A program made the translations under genes and the position numbers. DNA of 64,000 bases from Pristiophorus japonicus (taxonomy: Eukaryota), in assembly GCF_044704955.1 (NCBI RefSeq), contig NC_091983.1, forward strand, positions 66,712,001-66,776,000, in the 5' to 3' direction. Below, one piece after another: positions 38,366 through 51,965 of this stretch. The stretch's first letter is position 1. Each line of letters opens with the position of its first letter. The notes under the pieces are model-generated. The model was not told the origin of the DNA. It searched no databases and saw only the letters and a program-made list of their open reading frames with translations.

Positions 38366-38519
38366 CTGCCTAGAATATCTCTCAATCTCCTCTGCACGTT
38401 TCTGATACCACTGAGTGAGAGACTCAATAGAGGGCTCCGTAGTTCTGTACTTCAATACTTCAGGCTGCTCTTCATAAAGAAATTCGGCCACATCTTGCGG
38501 ACTGCAATCTATGACCATC
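38366..38519 (-). CDS. NBAS: NBAS exon, MVIDCSPQDVAEFLYEEQPEVLKYRTTEPSIESLTQWYQKRAEEIERYSRQ
   Basis: ctttcctgcag acceptor, CAG|gtaaga donor; 154 nt; matches recalled NBAS WYQTRAEEIEHYARQ. Confidence 0.95.
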
Positions 38520-39344
38520 CTGCAGGAAAGGAACAAGCATTGCATTTCATCAGATTAAACAGGATTCATACACACATAGCTACAATACGAAGTTTAGTGG
38601 GAGACGTTTATTCATCCATCAACAAAGGTAGCTCATCATGGCTAAATTACTTTTATGGATATGTACCGTCTTGGGGCTAGGATTGTTAGTACAAATTATC
38701 AAGCAACATCACTTGCTGTAAAATGTTTACCAAACAAGTAGTGAAGAAAAATTAATTCTGTATCATTCTTTTAAAACAGCTTTGTGCTTTATTTTTGGCC
38801 GAAGGTTTTTTTTTTATAAAAGCTTGGAAAGCTCTGCCATAGTATTTTCCCAGTATCAGGATTTACTTTTCCAGTATCATAAAATCAGGATTTTTAATCG
38901 AGTACAATCAAGATTATTCATTTGAGTATTGCCAGACTCCCAAGGATTAATAGCGTATACTCAGCAGCAAAGCTAATTTCAATTATATGCAGCAAAATGG
39001 CACATTCATCTCCTAAATTTGAACGTGCAATTGATTGGAAATAAAAGACTTTAAGAAGTTCAGAGTTCCTAAATCTGCTCCCACCTACAAACTGGCAGCC
39101 AAAAAGAACAAAGTGAGAGATATAAAAACATTCGAGTGGAAAAAGTTAAATTAGCTGGGAAAAATTCTAAAATTGAAGTTAAAAATAAAACTAGGAGTGT
39201 CTGAATGGGATCGAAAAACAGACAAGGCAAGGTGAATTGAAGTATTTAATATAATTTTACTTTTAATTGAAATACTAGTTTAAGTGTACATTTTTATTCT
39301 ACACTGTAATGCCAATTCACGACTGCAATAGAATACTTATTTAG

Positions 39345-40325
39345 TAAACAACTTGCATTTATATAGCGCCTTTAACATTGTAAAACGTCCCAAGGTGCTT
39401 CACAGGAGCGTTATCAAACAAAATTTGACATGAGTCAAGAGATATTATTGGACAGGTGACCAAAAGTTTGGGCAAAGAGGTAGGTTTTAAGGAACCTCTT
39501 AAAGGAGAAGAGAGGGGTAGAGAAATAGAGAAGTGAAAAGATTTTGGGAGGAAATCCCAGAACTTAGGGCTAGAAATTCAGTTTTTGGCGATATTGTTTT
39601 TTTCCCGTTATTTTACGGAAAAAATACCACTAAAAACCGCCATTTTTTAAGGGGATAAAATTGGCAAAAAAATGCGCCCGATGGTAAAAATCGACGTTTC
39701 ACGAGGATTCACGGTGGAAACCATGGTCCTCGCCAACTTTAGCCTGAGGTCTATCATCGCCAAAAATACAGGCCCTGGGAAGGGGGAAAACACAAAAAAA
39801 TTGCAAAAATTAAAAAATTAAAAAACTAAAAAACATTCACTATACACTTAACTAATAAATCGCTGAAAAATTAATAAAAACGTCAACTTACCTTTTTTGT
39901 AGGTCTTCATGCCTACCGCTGTTTCTGGGGCTTCAACTCGTTTTTTTTCTCGGGCGTTTTTTTTCCCCGACTGAGTGCAGGTTTGCCGAACGGCCAATTT
40001 TAAACGGTGCGATTTCTTTTGGCAATGCATGTCGTCGATCAGCTTTTCAGCAAAACTGTTAACTTTGGCCAATTTAGGCAAGTACCTTTTATCGGCAAAA
40101 AAGGTGAAATATCGCCGAAAATATGTGCGCACGTCTGGTCAATTTCTCCCCCAGAGGGTCAATGCTGCTAAAGGCAGGCCACTAATGGTGGGGCAATGGA
40201 AATGGGGGATGCGAAAGAGGACAGAATTGGAGGAATGTAGAGATTTCAGAGGATTGTCGGGCTGGAGGAGATAGGAAGGGGTGAAGCCATGCACGATTTT
40301 AAACACAAGGATGAAAATTTTAAAT
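39345..40325 (-). mobile_element. L2 3' end split by a Harbinger-type MITE (39567-40152)
   Basis: acaacttgcatttatatagcgcc tail; FKIFILVFK; inner TIR gggctagaaatt / aatttctccccc. Confidence 0.75.
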
Positions 40326-40681
40326 TCAAACAATTTAAATTGAATAAACAAATAAAAATACTGCAAAAGAATGCAGTGTCATCCAGCCCAGAAAGATGCT
40401 AATTTCCCTGAACCAGGTTGACAGGATTAAACAAGTATGTGTTGCAGAAAATATACATTAGAAATCTCAATCCAAAATGACAATGTTAGGAGAGATTGGT
40501 GTTCATGAAAACTCTGGATATGAAACAAAAACATATGGATATTTTAATCAAAATGAGCTTTCATTTTCAAATGTTTAAACGTTGGCTCTTTTGTGGTGTA
40601 TTACCTGTCTATCTATTATATATTAAAAATGGTGAGTGGTCTCAACATTCTACTGCCTGTAAGTAACACTCTGAAGACAAT

Positions 40682-41526
40682 GGGCCCAAATTTCCCCATG
40701 AGTTGCACCGTTTTTTTTGGTGTAACTTGATTTTTCTGGTGTATCTTTTTAGTTGCAAAAATGGCCATTTAATTTGCGCCAGTGTAAGCAAGTTAGTTAG
40801 GTTTTTTGTTAGGTCAGTTTTTTTTTCCCAAAAGGGGGCGTTCCTAGCCACTTGCACCATTTATGCCAATTTGGCCAAAAGAAAAGTTGTACTAAACTAG
40901 CTTAGGGCAGCGTATGTGTCCACTTTTGTCCGCACAGAAAGACCTTACATACATTTAAGGAATCGGCGCAAGTAACTACATTTAAAGCACCACCAAGCAC
41001 CAAACAAAGCACAAAAAGTAATAAGCAATTAATGAACAAATGAAATAGAAGGAACCCTGCCCCGAAAGCACCAAGACCAAAGTAATAAGCAATCAATAAA
41101 TAACAAATAAAAACAATAGAAGGAACCCTGTACCTGAAGCACCAAATCAATAAGTAACAAATAAAAAATAGAACTCCTACCTTAGGGAATGCAGCGGGGC
41201 GCCGATGAGGGAGCCCATTCGGCCAGGGCTAGGGACGGCGTGCTTCGGCCCCTCCCACAAGGCCTGCAGCGCGCGTTTGCAGAAACGGCCTGCCAGGAGC
41301 TACTGCACATGCGCGCAGACTCTGGTGCGCATGTGCAGAGGTCCCGGCATTGTTTTCAGTGCTGGGACCGAGCTCCGCCCCCCCTCTCTTTCTTCTGCGC
41401 CACGCTAGCTCCACAGACGGCCTGAGAATCGGCCGTGATCGCAAGTTTTTTTTGCCGCTGCTTCTGAAAATGTTGGCGGGGGGCTCGGAGGTGCGCCAAA
41501 AAAACCGGAGGGCCAAATTTGGGCCC
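40682..41526 (+). mobile_element. Harbinger-type MITE with an internal ~70-bp A-rich tandem triplication (40985-41175)
   Basis: TIR gggcccaaattt / aaatttgggccc; TSD aat. Confidence 0.85.
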
Positions 41527-42056
41527 AATGTTATCTTATTTAACGTTAGCTGCAATACTTAACATTCGTTACAGGGTGGCACTGTAGTGTATTTTACAGG
41601 GACTGGCAAAGATCTTGCCAGAGGCAAGTAAAGTCAAGTCTGAAGAATGTGTGTCTACCCCCGTGCCCTCACTCCCTTCCTGTGATTGCCAAGAAGAGCG
41701 AGTACAGCTCTGCTTGCAAGTCTCTTCTCTTTAGTGGACGTATTGCCACTGATGATGTGCCCCTCTTCCCCTAAAATTTGTTAATGGGCCACCCCAGCCA
41801 CTGGGCCATTTTGCCTGCCCTGCTACCTTCTCTTGACTGCTAACCGACATGCCTGTCCACCTGCCTCTTGAATCTTGCAGAGCTTTCATGTTTATCAGCA
41901 GATCATTCCATACTTCTTTCTATCCCTCTGCCTGCCCAAAAAAAAAACGCTCAATAACCCGTATTTATTTAACACATTTAAAGAAGAAGGTGCTTCTAAT
42001 GTTAACAGCACAGCAGGGAGATTTATAGAATTAAATGACAAAATGCACTATTTTAC

Positions 42057-42146
42057 CTTAGACTTGGTTCTTCACACCAATCTGGATCCTGATGCCTTTG
42101 TTCATTCCATGGCAATGCCACCAAATCACCACAATCAACAACAAAT
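42057..42146 (-). CDS. NBAS: NBAS internal coding exon (first in window), FVVDCGDLVALPWNEQRHQDPDWCEEPSL
   Basis: Acceptor ttttttgacag, donor AG|gtaaaa; 90 nt, phase 2 to 2; resembles the recalled NBAS motif PWHEHKHRAKDWCEE; splices in frame to the next exon. Confidence 0.9.
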
Positions 42147-42504
42147 CTGTCAAAAAAATAGCAATGCAGTCAAAACAAAGTCAGAAATTCCCATCATCTC
42201 AGAGCTACAATGTGTCTGTACACTCGTATGTAGAGAGCAACAGCGAGAGAATGTGAATGTGTGAAAGCGAGTATTTATTAAGTACAAAATACTGTTCAAA
42301 TTCATTTGTGTGTGTTTCACTTTCAGGATTAAAGCTGCTTTCCAGCTTGTATTTAAATGGCTCCAGCTTCATGTATGTATACATTTGCCAAAAAATATGT
42401 TGCTAAATAAAGCAAATCAGACAGGTGAAATTTTAATTTCCCAGTTCACAGTAAAAGTACTGTGATAAAATAGTGTTAAATTTTAATATCTTTGTTGGCA
42501 TATT

Positions 42505-43751
42505 GGGCCCAAATTTGCCCAAGAGTTGCTCTGTTTTTTTTGGAGCAACTTGATTTTTCTGGAGCATCTTAAAAATCTCCATTCTGCACATTTAATTTGC
42601 GGCAATGTAAGTCAGTTAGGATTTTTTTTTAAGTTTCGTTTTTTTTCCCCAAAAGGGGGCGTTACCAGCCACCTATGCCTGCTTTGACCATTTAAGCCAG
42701 TTTGGGCAGCTAATAGTTGCTCCAAACTAACTTAGGCCAGCGTATGTGGCCACACAGAAAACCCTTGCGGAGAGTTAAGAAATCAGTAGCCAGAGATGTG
42801 GGGGGAGGGGGGGGGGGGGTGAAGGGAAGCGGAGAGGACCTTGCAAAGCACTAAACACCTTCACAACAACTAATACAGATCTTGTACTGTAACTTTTGCA
42901 TAATTTACATTCCACTATATAAAGCTTCATAAAATATGCACTTTTTAATATCATTTATATCAGAAGACAAAGGGTTTCATAAAACCATTTATGAATCAAA
43001 TATTTTGCTAGCAGGGCTATATTAATGCAAGTTGTTATCTTGTGTCACCACACCATCATGAGGTAGTGATCGTGGGTGGTACAATGATAAGAGTAATACA
43101 ACTGGCCTTGTCATCGGGTTAGGGAGCAGAAAATCAACCGGGGTTCCCAACAGGGTATCTACGGGCATCCATGCAGTTGTTCACTAAGAATTGGTGGGAT
43201 TTTTAAAAAATTGACCCAAGTCATGATTACTACCAAAACAAAAGCCACGACCAGATATTTGCTGGTACTGAGAGACCAAACCTCAGGAAAGTTTTCTCTG
43301 GTCATTCTCACCTCTTAGCAGCCAGTTGTATTGTGCCAATGACAGAGACTTTTTCTAAATCATTTAAACAAACTCTCCTCCTTCCCCCCCCCCCCGGATC
43401 AAAAGTCTCCCCACACCAACCTGGTTCTTGTAGCCCTCAGCACGGGAAGGCAGCGGCAGGCCACTCAGCCCGGGATAGGGGAGGGACAAGTTGGGTCCCA
43501 CGCTGCAGGCACGCATCATCACAACCATGGGAGGAGCTACTGCACATGCGCGAACGCTCTACCGTGCATGCGGACAGCTGCCGGCATTCTTTTAGGCGCA
43601 GGGCCCTAGATCCGTCCCCCCAATGGACTCGCCTGCCGCGCCCAGCTCCGGGAAAGCTGGCAGAGGGGCCAGAATACGGGGATATCTTTTCGCCACCGTT
43701 TTGAGCGCAGGAAGTCGGCACACTTAAAACCAGAAGGCCAAATTTGGGCCC
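42505..43751 (+). mobile_element. Harbinger-type MITE carrying ~500 bp of unrelated internal DNA
   Basis: TIR gggcccaaatttg / caaatttgggccc; ends similar to the 9401 and 40682 copies. Confidence 0.75.
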
Positions 43752-44399
43752 AAAAGCTTTATTTATATTATCAAACTGTTGCTAGCATCAGTACAAGGCT
43801 GTTGATTTACAACCTACATGGACAACGGGCAGAATTGCAGTCTGATCCCAAAACCACAAGTTAAAATCCTGGAATCCCATGCAATAAATCAGTGGCTGTG
43901 ATCATCAAAGCACTGCTTGGAGTCACCAAGGCTGATCGTTTGAGGGAGCTGAATTAACATGCACAGTTCTAATTGATTTAATGACTCCACCCACTGATAT
44001 CACTCATAGCTCCTCGCACTCAAATTCTGCAACTTCTACAATCCAGTGGCAATTACACGCACGCACACTTGCAAGGGGTACCGGAGCACTGAAGAAATAC
44101 TATACCAGCACAAATTTTCTTCACTGACAAGAGCGGAGAAATTTCAGACAGGAAATAAAGCACAGTTTTCTTCCTTTGCCCCCTATATAGCAACAAAGGA
44201 AAGTAGCAGAAATCTATCAAAGAGCACAAGTCAAACAAGAGGACATGACATGAAGAGATGGCAGAATTTGGAAGTGAGGCTCTGATCTATTTAGAGACCA
44301 GTGAACTCTCAATTTCTGAGCTGCTTTGGGAATTTGACCAATGCTATTAGCCAGGATTTCTGCTGCAATGGTGGAGTTTAGGTCATTCAGCAATCGAAA

Positions 44400-46530
44400 A
44401 TTTTTTTTATTTTATTAGTGCCTGGGATGTGGGCATCGCTGACAAGGCCAGCATTTATTGGCCATCCCTAATTTGCACTTGAGAAAATGGTGGTGAGCCA
44501 CCTTCCTGAACCGCAGCAGTCCGTGTGGTGAAGGTACTCCCACAGTGCTGTTAGGGAGGGAGTTCCAAGATTTTGAACCAGCGACGAAGAAAGAACAGTG
44601 ATATACTTCCAAGTCAGGATGGTATGTGACTTGGAGGGGAACGTGGAGATGGTGTGTTTCCATGCGCTTGTCCTTCTAGGTGGTAAAGGATGCGGGTTTT
44701 GGAGGTGCTGCCGAAGAAGCCTTGGCGAGTTGCTGCTGTGCATCTTGTAGATGGTACACATGGCAGCCACGGAACGCTGGTGATGGAGGGAGCGAATGTT
44801 TAAGGTAGTGGATGGGATGCCAATCAAGTGGGCTGCTTTGTCCTAGATGGTGTTGAGTTTCTTGAATGTTGTTGGAGCTGCACTCATCCAGGCAAGTGCA
44901 GTGTGTTCCATCACCCTCCTGACTTGTGCCTTGTAGATGGTGGAAAGGCTTTGGGGAGTCAGGAGGTGAGACACTCGCCGCAGAATACTCAGCCTCTGAC
45001 CGGCTCTTGTTGCCACAATGTGTGTGTGGCTGGTCCAGTTACGTTTCTGGTAAATGGTGACCCCCAGGATGTTGATGGTGGGGGATTCGGTGATGGTAAT
45101 GCTGTTGAATGTCAAGGGGCGGTAGTTAGACTCTCGCTTGTTTGAGATAGTCATTTCCTGGCACTTTTGTGCACTTATCAGCCCAAGCATGGACGTCTTC
45201 ATTATCTGAGGAGTTGCGAATGGCACTGAACACTGCGTAATTATCAGCGAACATCCCCACTTCTGACCTTATGATGGAGGGAAGGTCATTGATGAAGCAG
45301 CTGAAGATGGTTGGGCCTATGACAATGCCCTGAGGATGTCCTGGGCTGCGATGATTGACCTCCAACCACATCAATCATTTTACTTTGTGCTAGGTATGAC
45401 TCCAGCTAATGGAGAGTTTTCCTCTGAATCCCATTGACTTCAGTTTTATTAGTACTCCATGATGCCACCATCGGTCAAATGCTGCCTTTATGTCAAGGGC
45501 CATCACTCTCACCTCACCTTTGGAATTCAGCTCTTTTGTCCATGTTTGGACCAAGGCTGTAATGAGGTCTGGAGCCAAGTGGTCATGGCGGAACCCAAAC
45601 TGGGCATCGGTGACCAGGTTATTGGTAAGTGCCGCTTGATAGCACTGTCGACAACACCTTCCTCAATTTGCTGATGATTGACAGTAGACTGATGGGGCGG
45701 TAATTGGCCAGATTGGATTTGTCCTGCTTTTTGTGGACAGGACATACCTGGGCAGTTTTCCAGATTGTCGGGTAGATGCCAGTGTTGTAGCTGTACTGGA
45801 ACATGGCTAGAGGAACGGCTAGTTCTGGAGCACAAGTCTTCAGCATGACAGCCGGGATGTTGTCGGGGCCTTTGCTGTATCCAGTGCGCTCAGCAGTTTC
45901 TTGATATCAAGTGGAGTGAAGCAAATTGGCTGAAGACTGGTATCTGTGATGGCAGGGACATCAGGTGGAGACCGAAATGGATCATCTACTCAGCACTTCT
46001 GGCTAACGATGGTTGCAAACACTTCAGCCTTGTCTTTTGCACTCACGTGCTGGGCTCTGCCATCTTTGAGGATGGGAATATTCATGGAGCCTCCTCCTAC
46101 CGTTAGTTATTTAATGGTCCAGCCGTTCATGACTGGATGTAGCAGTCTTTGATCTGATCCGTTGATTGTGGGATCGCTTATCCCTATCTATGATATGTTG
46201 CTTCTGCTTTTTAGCATACATGTAGTCCTGTGTTGCAGCTTTCCCAGGTTGGCACCTCATTTTTAGTTACACCTGGTGCTGATTCTGGCCTGCTTTTCTA
46301 CACTCCTCATTGAACCAGGGTTGGTCCCCTGGCTTGATGGTGATGGTAGAGTGAGAGATATGCCGGGCCATAAGGTTACAGATTGTGGTGGAATACAATT
46401 CTGCTGCTGCTGTTGACCCACAGCACCACATGGATGCCCAGTTTTGAGCTGTTAGATCTGTACTGAATCTATCCCAATTAGCATGCTGGTCACGCCACAC
46501 AACACGATGGAGTGTGTCCTCAGTGTGAAA
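44400..46530 (-). mobile_element. CR1-group LINE of a second family, decayed
   Basis: QPWFNEEC, LKTCAPELA, ANYRPISLL, ALDIKAAFD, FINDLP..MFAD, YKAQVR, WNSLP; exact clade uncertain. Confidence 0.85.
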
Positions 46531-47492
46531 TCTTGTTGGATTCAGCAAATTAGCATTGATGTCCTTTCGACTACTAATTAGAGCATCAGCTATTTGCTGC
46601 ATGAAAGATTTGCAATCCGATCAAGTACTCATTCACAAGGGACAAGTTAGCCATCATTTTTCAGACGTAAGCATTCATCAGAAATCTGGGCAATTTGACG
46701 ATTTCTGAACAGGCTTTATAAAATGAGAATTAATTTTATAAATTAACTACAGATTAATGGATGCTATGTGAGGAATTCATATTTTGGAATTTTTTTTTAA
46801 GGGTATTGATCAAAATTAAACCACAAAAACTGCTGAGAATAGTATCCAGTTTTAATAAGCCATTACATCAGTACTACCGCAAACAAAGTCACCTTCATGA
46901 ACACAAAATGCGTCAGAAAAAAGGAATTTAAAAAACACATTTAAATGATGAGTACATCAGTCACCATTCTACTGATAGAGGTAGATGACCTATACTATTT
47001 GTTTCCAAACATCTCTAAATACTCAGTAAATCTCAATGACAAATATTACAATACAATGTCAGGGTCTCATCAGCAAGCATTGGAACATTATCTGTGCCTG
47101 CGTGTGCGCAAAGTTAGGCCAATTAAATATACTGGGGCTGTTATTTGTTAGCAATCAGTTGCAGATCATCATTCAATAAATTTAGTCAGAATATTATTTC
47201 TTCATTAGGGATATTATATAGGTGTATAAAAAGGAAGAGATTCGCGAAAGTAAACGAGGGTCCCTTACAGGCAGAGACGAGATAAATTATAATGGAGAAT
47301 AAGGAAATGGCAGAGACAGTAAACAAATATTTTGTACCTGTCCTCAAGGAAGACACAAAAACATTGTGGAAATAGTGCTAAACAAGGATCCAGTGAGATT
47401 GAGGAACTTAAGGAAATTGCTATTAGTAAAGAAATATTAATGGAGAAATTATTGGGACTAAAAGCCGCGGACCTGATGGCCTACATCCGTGG

Positions 47493-48251
47493 GGGGCCGA
47501 AATTGCCGCTTTCAAAAAGGCCAGTTAGTGCCAACGACGCAAACCCTCTTTCACCCGGCGGAGGGCAACAGAAGTGTCTCCCCCAGAACTGCCCCCATCA
47601 TTGTGGGGGCGATAATGGCTTGGCACTGCACCTCCTGATTAGTGCCTCGGGTCGGGGCGCACACAGCGATTAAGTCATCGCCGTGCGAAACTGCACCACG
47701 GGACGTGAGGCTGGCACAGGGTGATGTCAACGACAGCTTCACGAGTCATGAAGCTGTCATACAGGGGCTGCTGGAGGGCTCCTTAAAGGGGAGGGCCTTT
47801 ACGCCACAACTGCCATGTTTTTCTGTTGGCCAACTTTTCAGTCGGCCCACTTTTCAGTCGGCCCGGCAATGGCAGCCTTTGGTTCGGTCAAACCGCCATC
47901 ATGCAACCCAGCACCCGCTCTTGGGTGTCGAGCCATTAGCCCGGCCGAAAAAGTCCCTGGTGGCCCAGTGGTGGCCATCAAATCCAATGCAGAGTTCCCA
48001 GTGGCCCCCCCCCCCCCTTTAAAAAGGGAGATGCGGTGTGGCACGTTAGCGCTACGTGGAGCAGCCGAGTAACATTGATGTCATTTGTGCTGTGCTGAGA
48101 AGCGTGCCCCGCTACAGCCGCTGGAGCGCCTCCAAAATAAGGCAGAATGCCTCAGACAATGCCTCATTTCTGGGGCGCTATGGCCCAATACTTCCGACCC
48201 GGGTTCAGAGGTTACCGCCCCACAACACTGGCGTGGGTCAATTTCGCCCGC
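47493..48251. mobile_element. Harbinger-type GC-rich MITE inside CR1
   Basis: TIR ggggccgaaattg / caatttcgcccgc; interior similar to 55732-56433. Confidence 0.75.
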
Positions 48252-49170
48252 TTGATTTCTAAAAGAGGTGACTACAGAAATAGTGGATGTATTAGTTTTG
48301 ATCTTATAGAATTCCCTAGATTCTAGAACAGTCCCCACAGATTGAAAGGCAGCAAATGTAATCCCACTATTCAAGAAAGGAGGGAGAGAGAAAACAGAGA
48401 ACTATAGACCAGTTAGCCTGACATTAGGGAACATGCCTGAATTTATTATTAGGGACGTTGTAATAGGACACTTAGAAAATCATAATATGATTGGGCGAAG
48501 TCAACATGGATTTACGAAAGGGAAATTGTGTTTAACAATTTTTGTTAGTTTCTTGAGGGTGTAACTGGCAGGGTAGATAAAAGGGAAACCAATGGATGTA
48601 ATATATTTTGATTTACAAAAGGCATTTGATAAGATGCTCTGCAAGAGGTTATTATACAAAATTAGGGCTCATGGGATTGGAGATAATATATTAGCATGGA
48701 TTAAGGATTGGTTAACAGACAGAAAACAGGTAATAGCAATTAACAGGTCATTTTTGGGTTGGCAGGCTGGGGTACTGCGAGGATCAGTTATTTACAATCT
48801 ATATCAATGACTTAGATGAGGGGACCGAGTGTAATGTATCCAAGTTTTCTGACGATACAAAACTAGGTGGGAAAGTAAGTTGTCAGAAGGACACAGAGGC
48901 TGCAAAGGGATATAGTCAGGTTAAGTGAGAGGGCAATACAGTGGCAGATGGAATATGAGGTGGAAGTGTGAAGTTAACCACTGTGACAGGAAAAATAGAA
49001 AAACAGAATATTTTTAAATGGTGAGAGATTGGGAAATGTTGGTAAACAGAGGAACCTGGGTGTGCTTGTACACGAATCACAGAAAGTTAACATGCAGATA
49101 CAGCCAGCAATTCGGAAAGCAAATAGTATGTTCATCTTTATTGCAGAAGTATTGGAGTACAAGAGTAATG

Positions 49171-49683
49171 GGGGCCAAAATTGCCCCTTTCCTTAAGGCC
49201 TCTTAACACCACAAAGCGGCGGCCAGGATGCGGAGTGAATGGCTGCCAACTTTTCATGTAATGGTCGCCATCATCAAAATTTCACTTCTGTTATCCCGGA
49301 GGTGACCCGCTCCTCCCCTCTGCTGCCGATCCATTCTAAGTGCGTCATCACAGTGTGCACCGTCGATCTCCACACCCCAACGATGAAATTCCACCGTGAA
49401 AATCTTCGGCCTGCCCGGCGGTGCCAAAACAAGCTTTTTCACAACTGTCCAGTGAGGCTGAGGCCTTCTGCAATGGCGGCATGGCTCTACTTAAGGGGAG
49501 AACCAACTGCCACTGCCGCCATGTTTTCTATGTCGGCCGACTGCCATGTCGGCTCAACAATAATGCCCCCGGGTTTGGCCAGACCGCCAACAGGCAGCCT
49601 GGCAACCCCTCTTGTACTGGCACCAACCTCAACCACTACGGCAGTAAAAACCATAGAAACGGGCAGAGGGCAATTTCGGTCCC
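49171..49683. mobile_element. Harbinger-type MITE inside CR1
   Basis: TIR ggggccaaaattgcccc / ggggcaatttcggtccc; flanks atg / aag. Confidence 0.8.
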
Positions 49684-49705
49684 AAGAAGTCTTACTGCAA
49701 TTATA

Positions 49706-50161
49706 CAGATATAACATCCCTAAACCGGAAACCTTGGGACAGAGGCCATTCTGGTTTTTAGGTTTTTCCAGATTTCGGAGAAGAAATCAGACGTCCCAAA
49801 TCTGGAAACCCTTCGGCTGCCTTTCAGGTATTTCTAGATTTCAGAGCAGGAAATCTGATGTCCTGAATCCCGAAACCTCGTGTATTTCCAGATTTCGGAG
49901 ACAATCTGACGTCCCGAATCCAGAAACCCTTGGGCCGACTTTTGCGATTTTCCGGATTTCAGAGCATTACGTCAGACGGCCCGAAGCCAGCAACCTCGAG
50001 GCTGGGCCGGTTTGCGTATTTTTTTGGATTCATGTTTGGAAAAAGGTATGTACAGCTTAAAAGTCTGGTTTTCAGACAATTTAGATCATTGCAATCTGCA
50101 CAATGTTTGGTTTTCGGACAATTCCAGTTTTTAGAACTCCGGATTTCGGATGTTCTACTTG
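49706..50161. mobile_element. Tc1/mariner (Tigger-like) MITE
   Basis: TA on both sides; imperfect TIR cagatataacatccctaaaccgga / tccggatttcggatgttctacttg; internal repeats gacgtcccgaatcc. Confidence 0.75.
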
Positions 50162-50163
50162 TA

Positions 50164-51393
50164 TCATCATCATCATAGGCAGTCCCTCGGAGTCAAGGAA
50201 GACTTACTTCCACTCTTAACATGAGTTCTTAGGTGAACAATCCAATACGAAAACCATAGTCTCTGTCACAGGTGGGGCAGATAGTCATTGAGGGAAGGGG
50301 AGGATGGGACTGGTTTGCCGCACGCTCTTTCCACAGCCTGCGCTTGATTTCTGCACGCTCTTGGTGATGAGACTCGAGGTGCTCAGCGCCCTCCCGAATG
50401 CGCTTCCACCACTTAGGGCCACGCTCTCCCAGGTGTCAGTGGGGACGTTGCACTTTATCAAGGAGGCTTTGAGGGTGTCCTTGTAAAGTTTCCGCTGCCC
50501 ACCTTTGGCTCGTTTGCCGTGGATAAGTTCTGAGTAGAGCACTTGCTTTGGGAGTCTTGTGTCTGGCATGCGAACTATGTGGCCTGCCAAGTGGAGCTGA
50601 TCAAGTATGGTCAGGGCTTTTATGCTGGCCTGGTCGAGGATGCTAATGTTAGTGCGTCTGTCCTCCCAGGGGGTTTGTCGGATCTTCCGGAGACATCGTT
50701 GGTGGTATTTCTCCAGCGAGTTGAGGTGTCTATTGTACATGGTCCATGTTTCTGAGCCATATAGGAGGGCAGGTATTATTACAGCCCTGTAGAGCATGAG
50801 CTTGGTGGCAGTTTTGAGGGCCTGGTCTTCAAACACTCTATTCCTCAGGTGGCCGAAGGCTGCACTAGCGCACTGGAGGCTGTGTCCATCCTCCGCCTGC
50901 TCCATGACGACATGCAGGCCATGATCCTTACCAACGGATCCATTACAGACCCAATCCACGCCCGGACCGGGGTCAAACAGGGCTGCATCATCGCCCCAAC
51001 CTTCTTCTCGATCTTCCTTGCAGCCATGCTCCACCTCACATGCTCTCCGCTGGAGTGGAACTAAACTACCGAACCAGTGGGAACCTGTTCAACCTCCACC
51101 ATCTCCAGGCCAGGTCCAAGACCACCCCAATCTCTGTCGTCGAGCTACAGTACGCAGACGACACCTGCGTCTGCATATAGAGGCTGAACTCCAGGGCATA
51201 GTCAACGTATTTACTGAGGCGTACGAAAGCATGGGCCTTACGCTAAACATCAGCAAGACAAATGTCCTCCACTAGTCTGTCCTTACCGTACAGCACTGTC
51301 CCCGAGTCAAGATCCACGGCGTGGCCCTGCACAACGTGGACCACTTCCCATATCTCGGGAGCCTCCTATCAAGAGCAGGCATTGATGACGAGA
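50164..51393 (-). mobile_element. 5'-truncated RTE with a 5' inversion
   Basis: (tca)n tail at 50164; C-terminal ORF on the minus strand to about 50885; upstream RT part on the plus strand 50886-51393; TSD tctac(t/c)tgta. Confidence 0.88.
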
Positions 51394-51965
51394 TCTACCT
51401 GTATAGGGTTTTGGCGAGACCATTCCTGAAGTACTGTGTACAGGTTGGTCTCCTTACCGAAGGAAGAATACACTTGCCTTAGAGGGAGTGCAATAAAGGT
51501 TCACTAGACTGATTCCTGGGATTGGGGAATTGTCCTATGAGTAGACTACGACTATTTCCCTAGAGTTTAGAAGAATGAGTGATGATCTCATTGAAACATA
51601 TATAATTTTTTAAGAGGCTAGACAGGGTAGATGCTGGGAGGATGTTTCCTCTGGCTGAGGATACTAGAGGTCACAGTATCAGAATAAGAGGTTGGCCATT
51701 TCGGATTGAGATGAGGAGAAATTGTTTCAAAGGGTTGTGAACCTTTGGAATTCTCTACCTCGGAGGGCTGTGCATGCTCCATCGTTGAATATATTCAAGA
51801 CAGAGATTTTTGGATACCAAGGGATATGGGGTAGTGTGGGAAGGTGGAGTTGAGGTAGATGATCAGCCATGATCTTACTGAATGACGGCGCAGGCTCAAA
51901 GGGCCGAATGGCCTACTCCTGCTCTTATTTCTTATGATCTTATGACTACATGCAACATAAAATTA

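Larger units (their letters stand above)
47190..51945 (+). mobile_element. CR1 LINE hosting four nested insertions
   Basis: CR1 motifs continue across the insertions (ENYRPVSL, DVIYFDLQKAFDK, DDTKL); tail cttatttcttatgatcttatg. Confidence 0.88.

Noticed and set aside
49239-50060. 273-aa ORF
   Set aside because: Runs across two unrelated MITEs and a CR1 sliver; chimeric chance frame.
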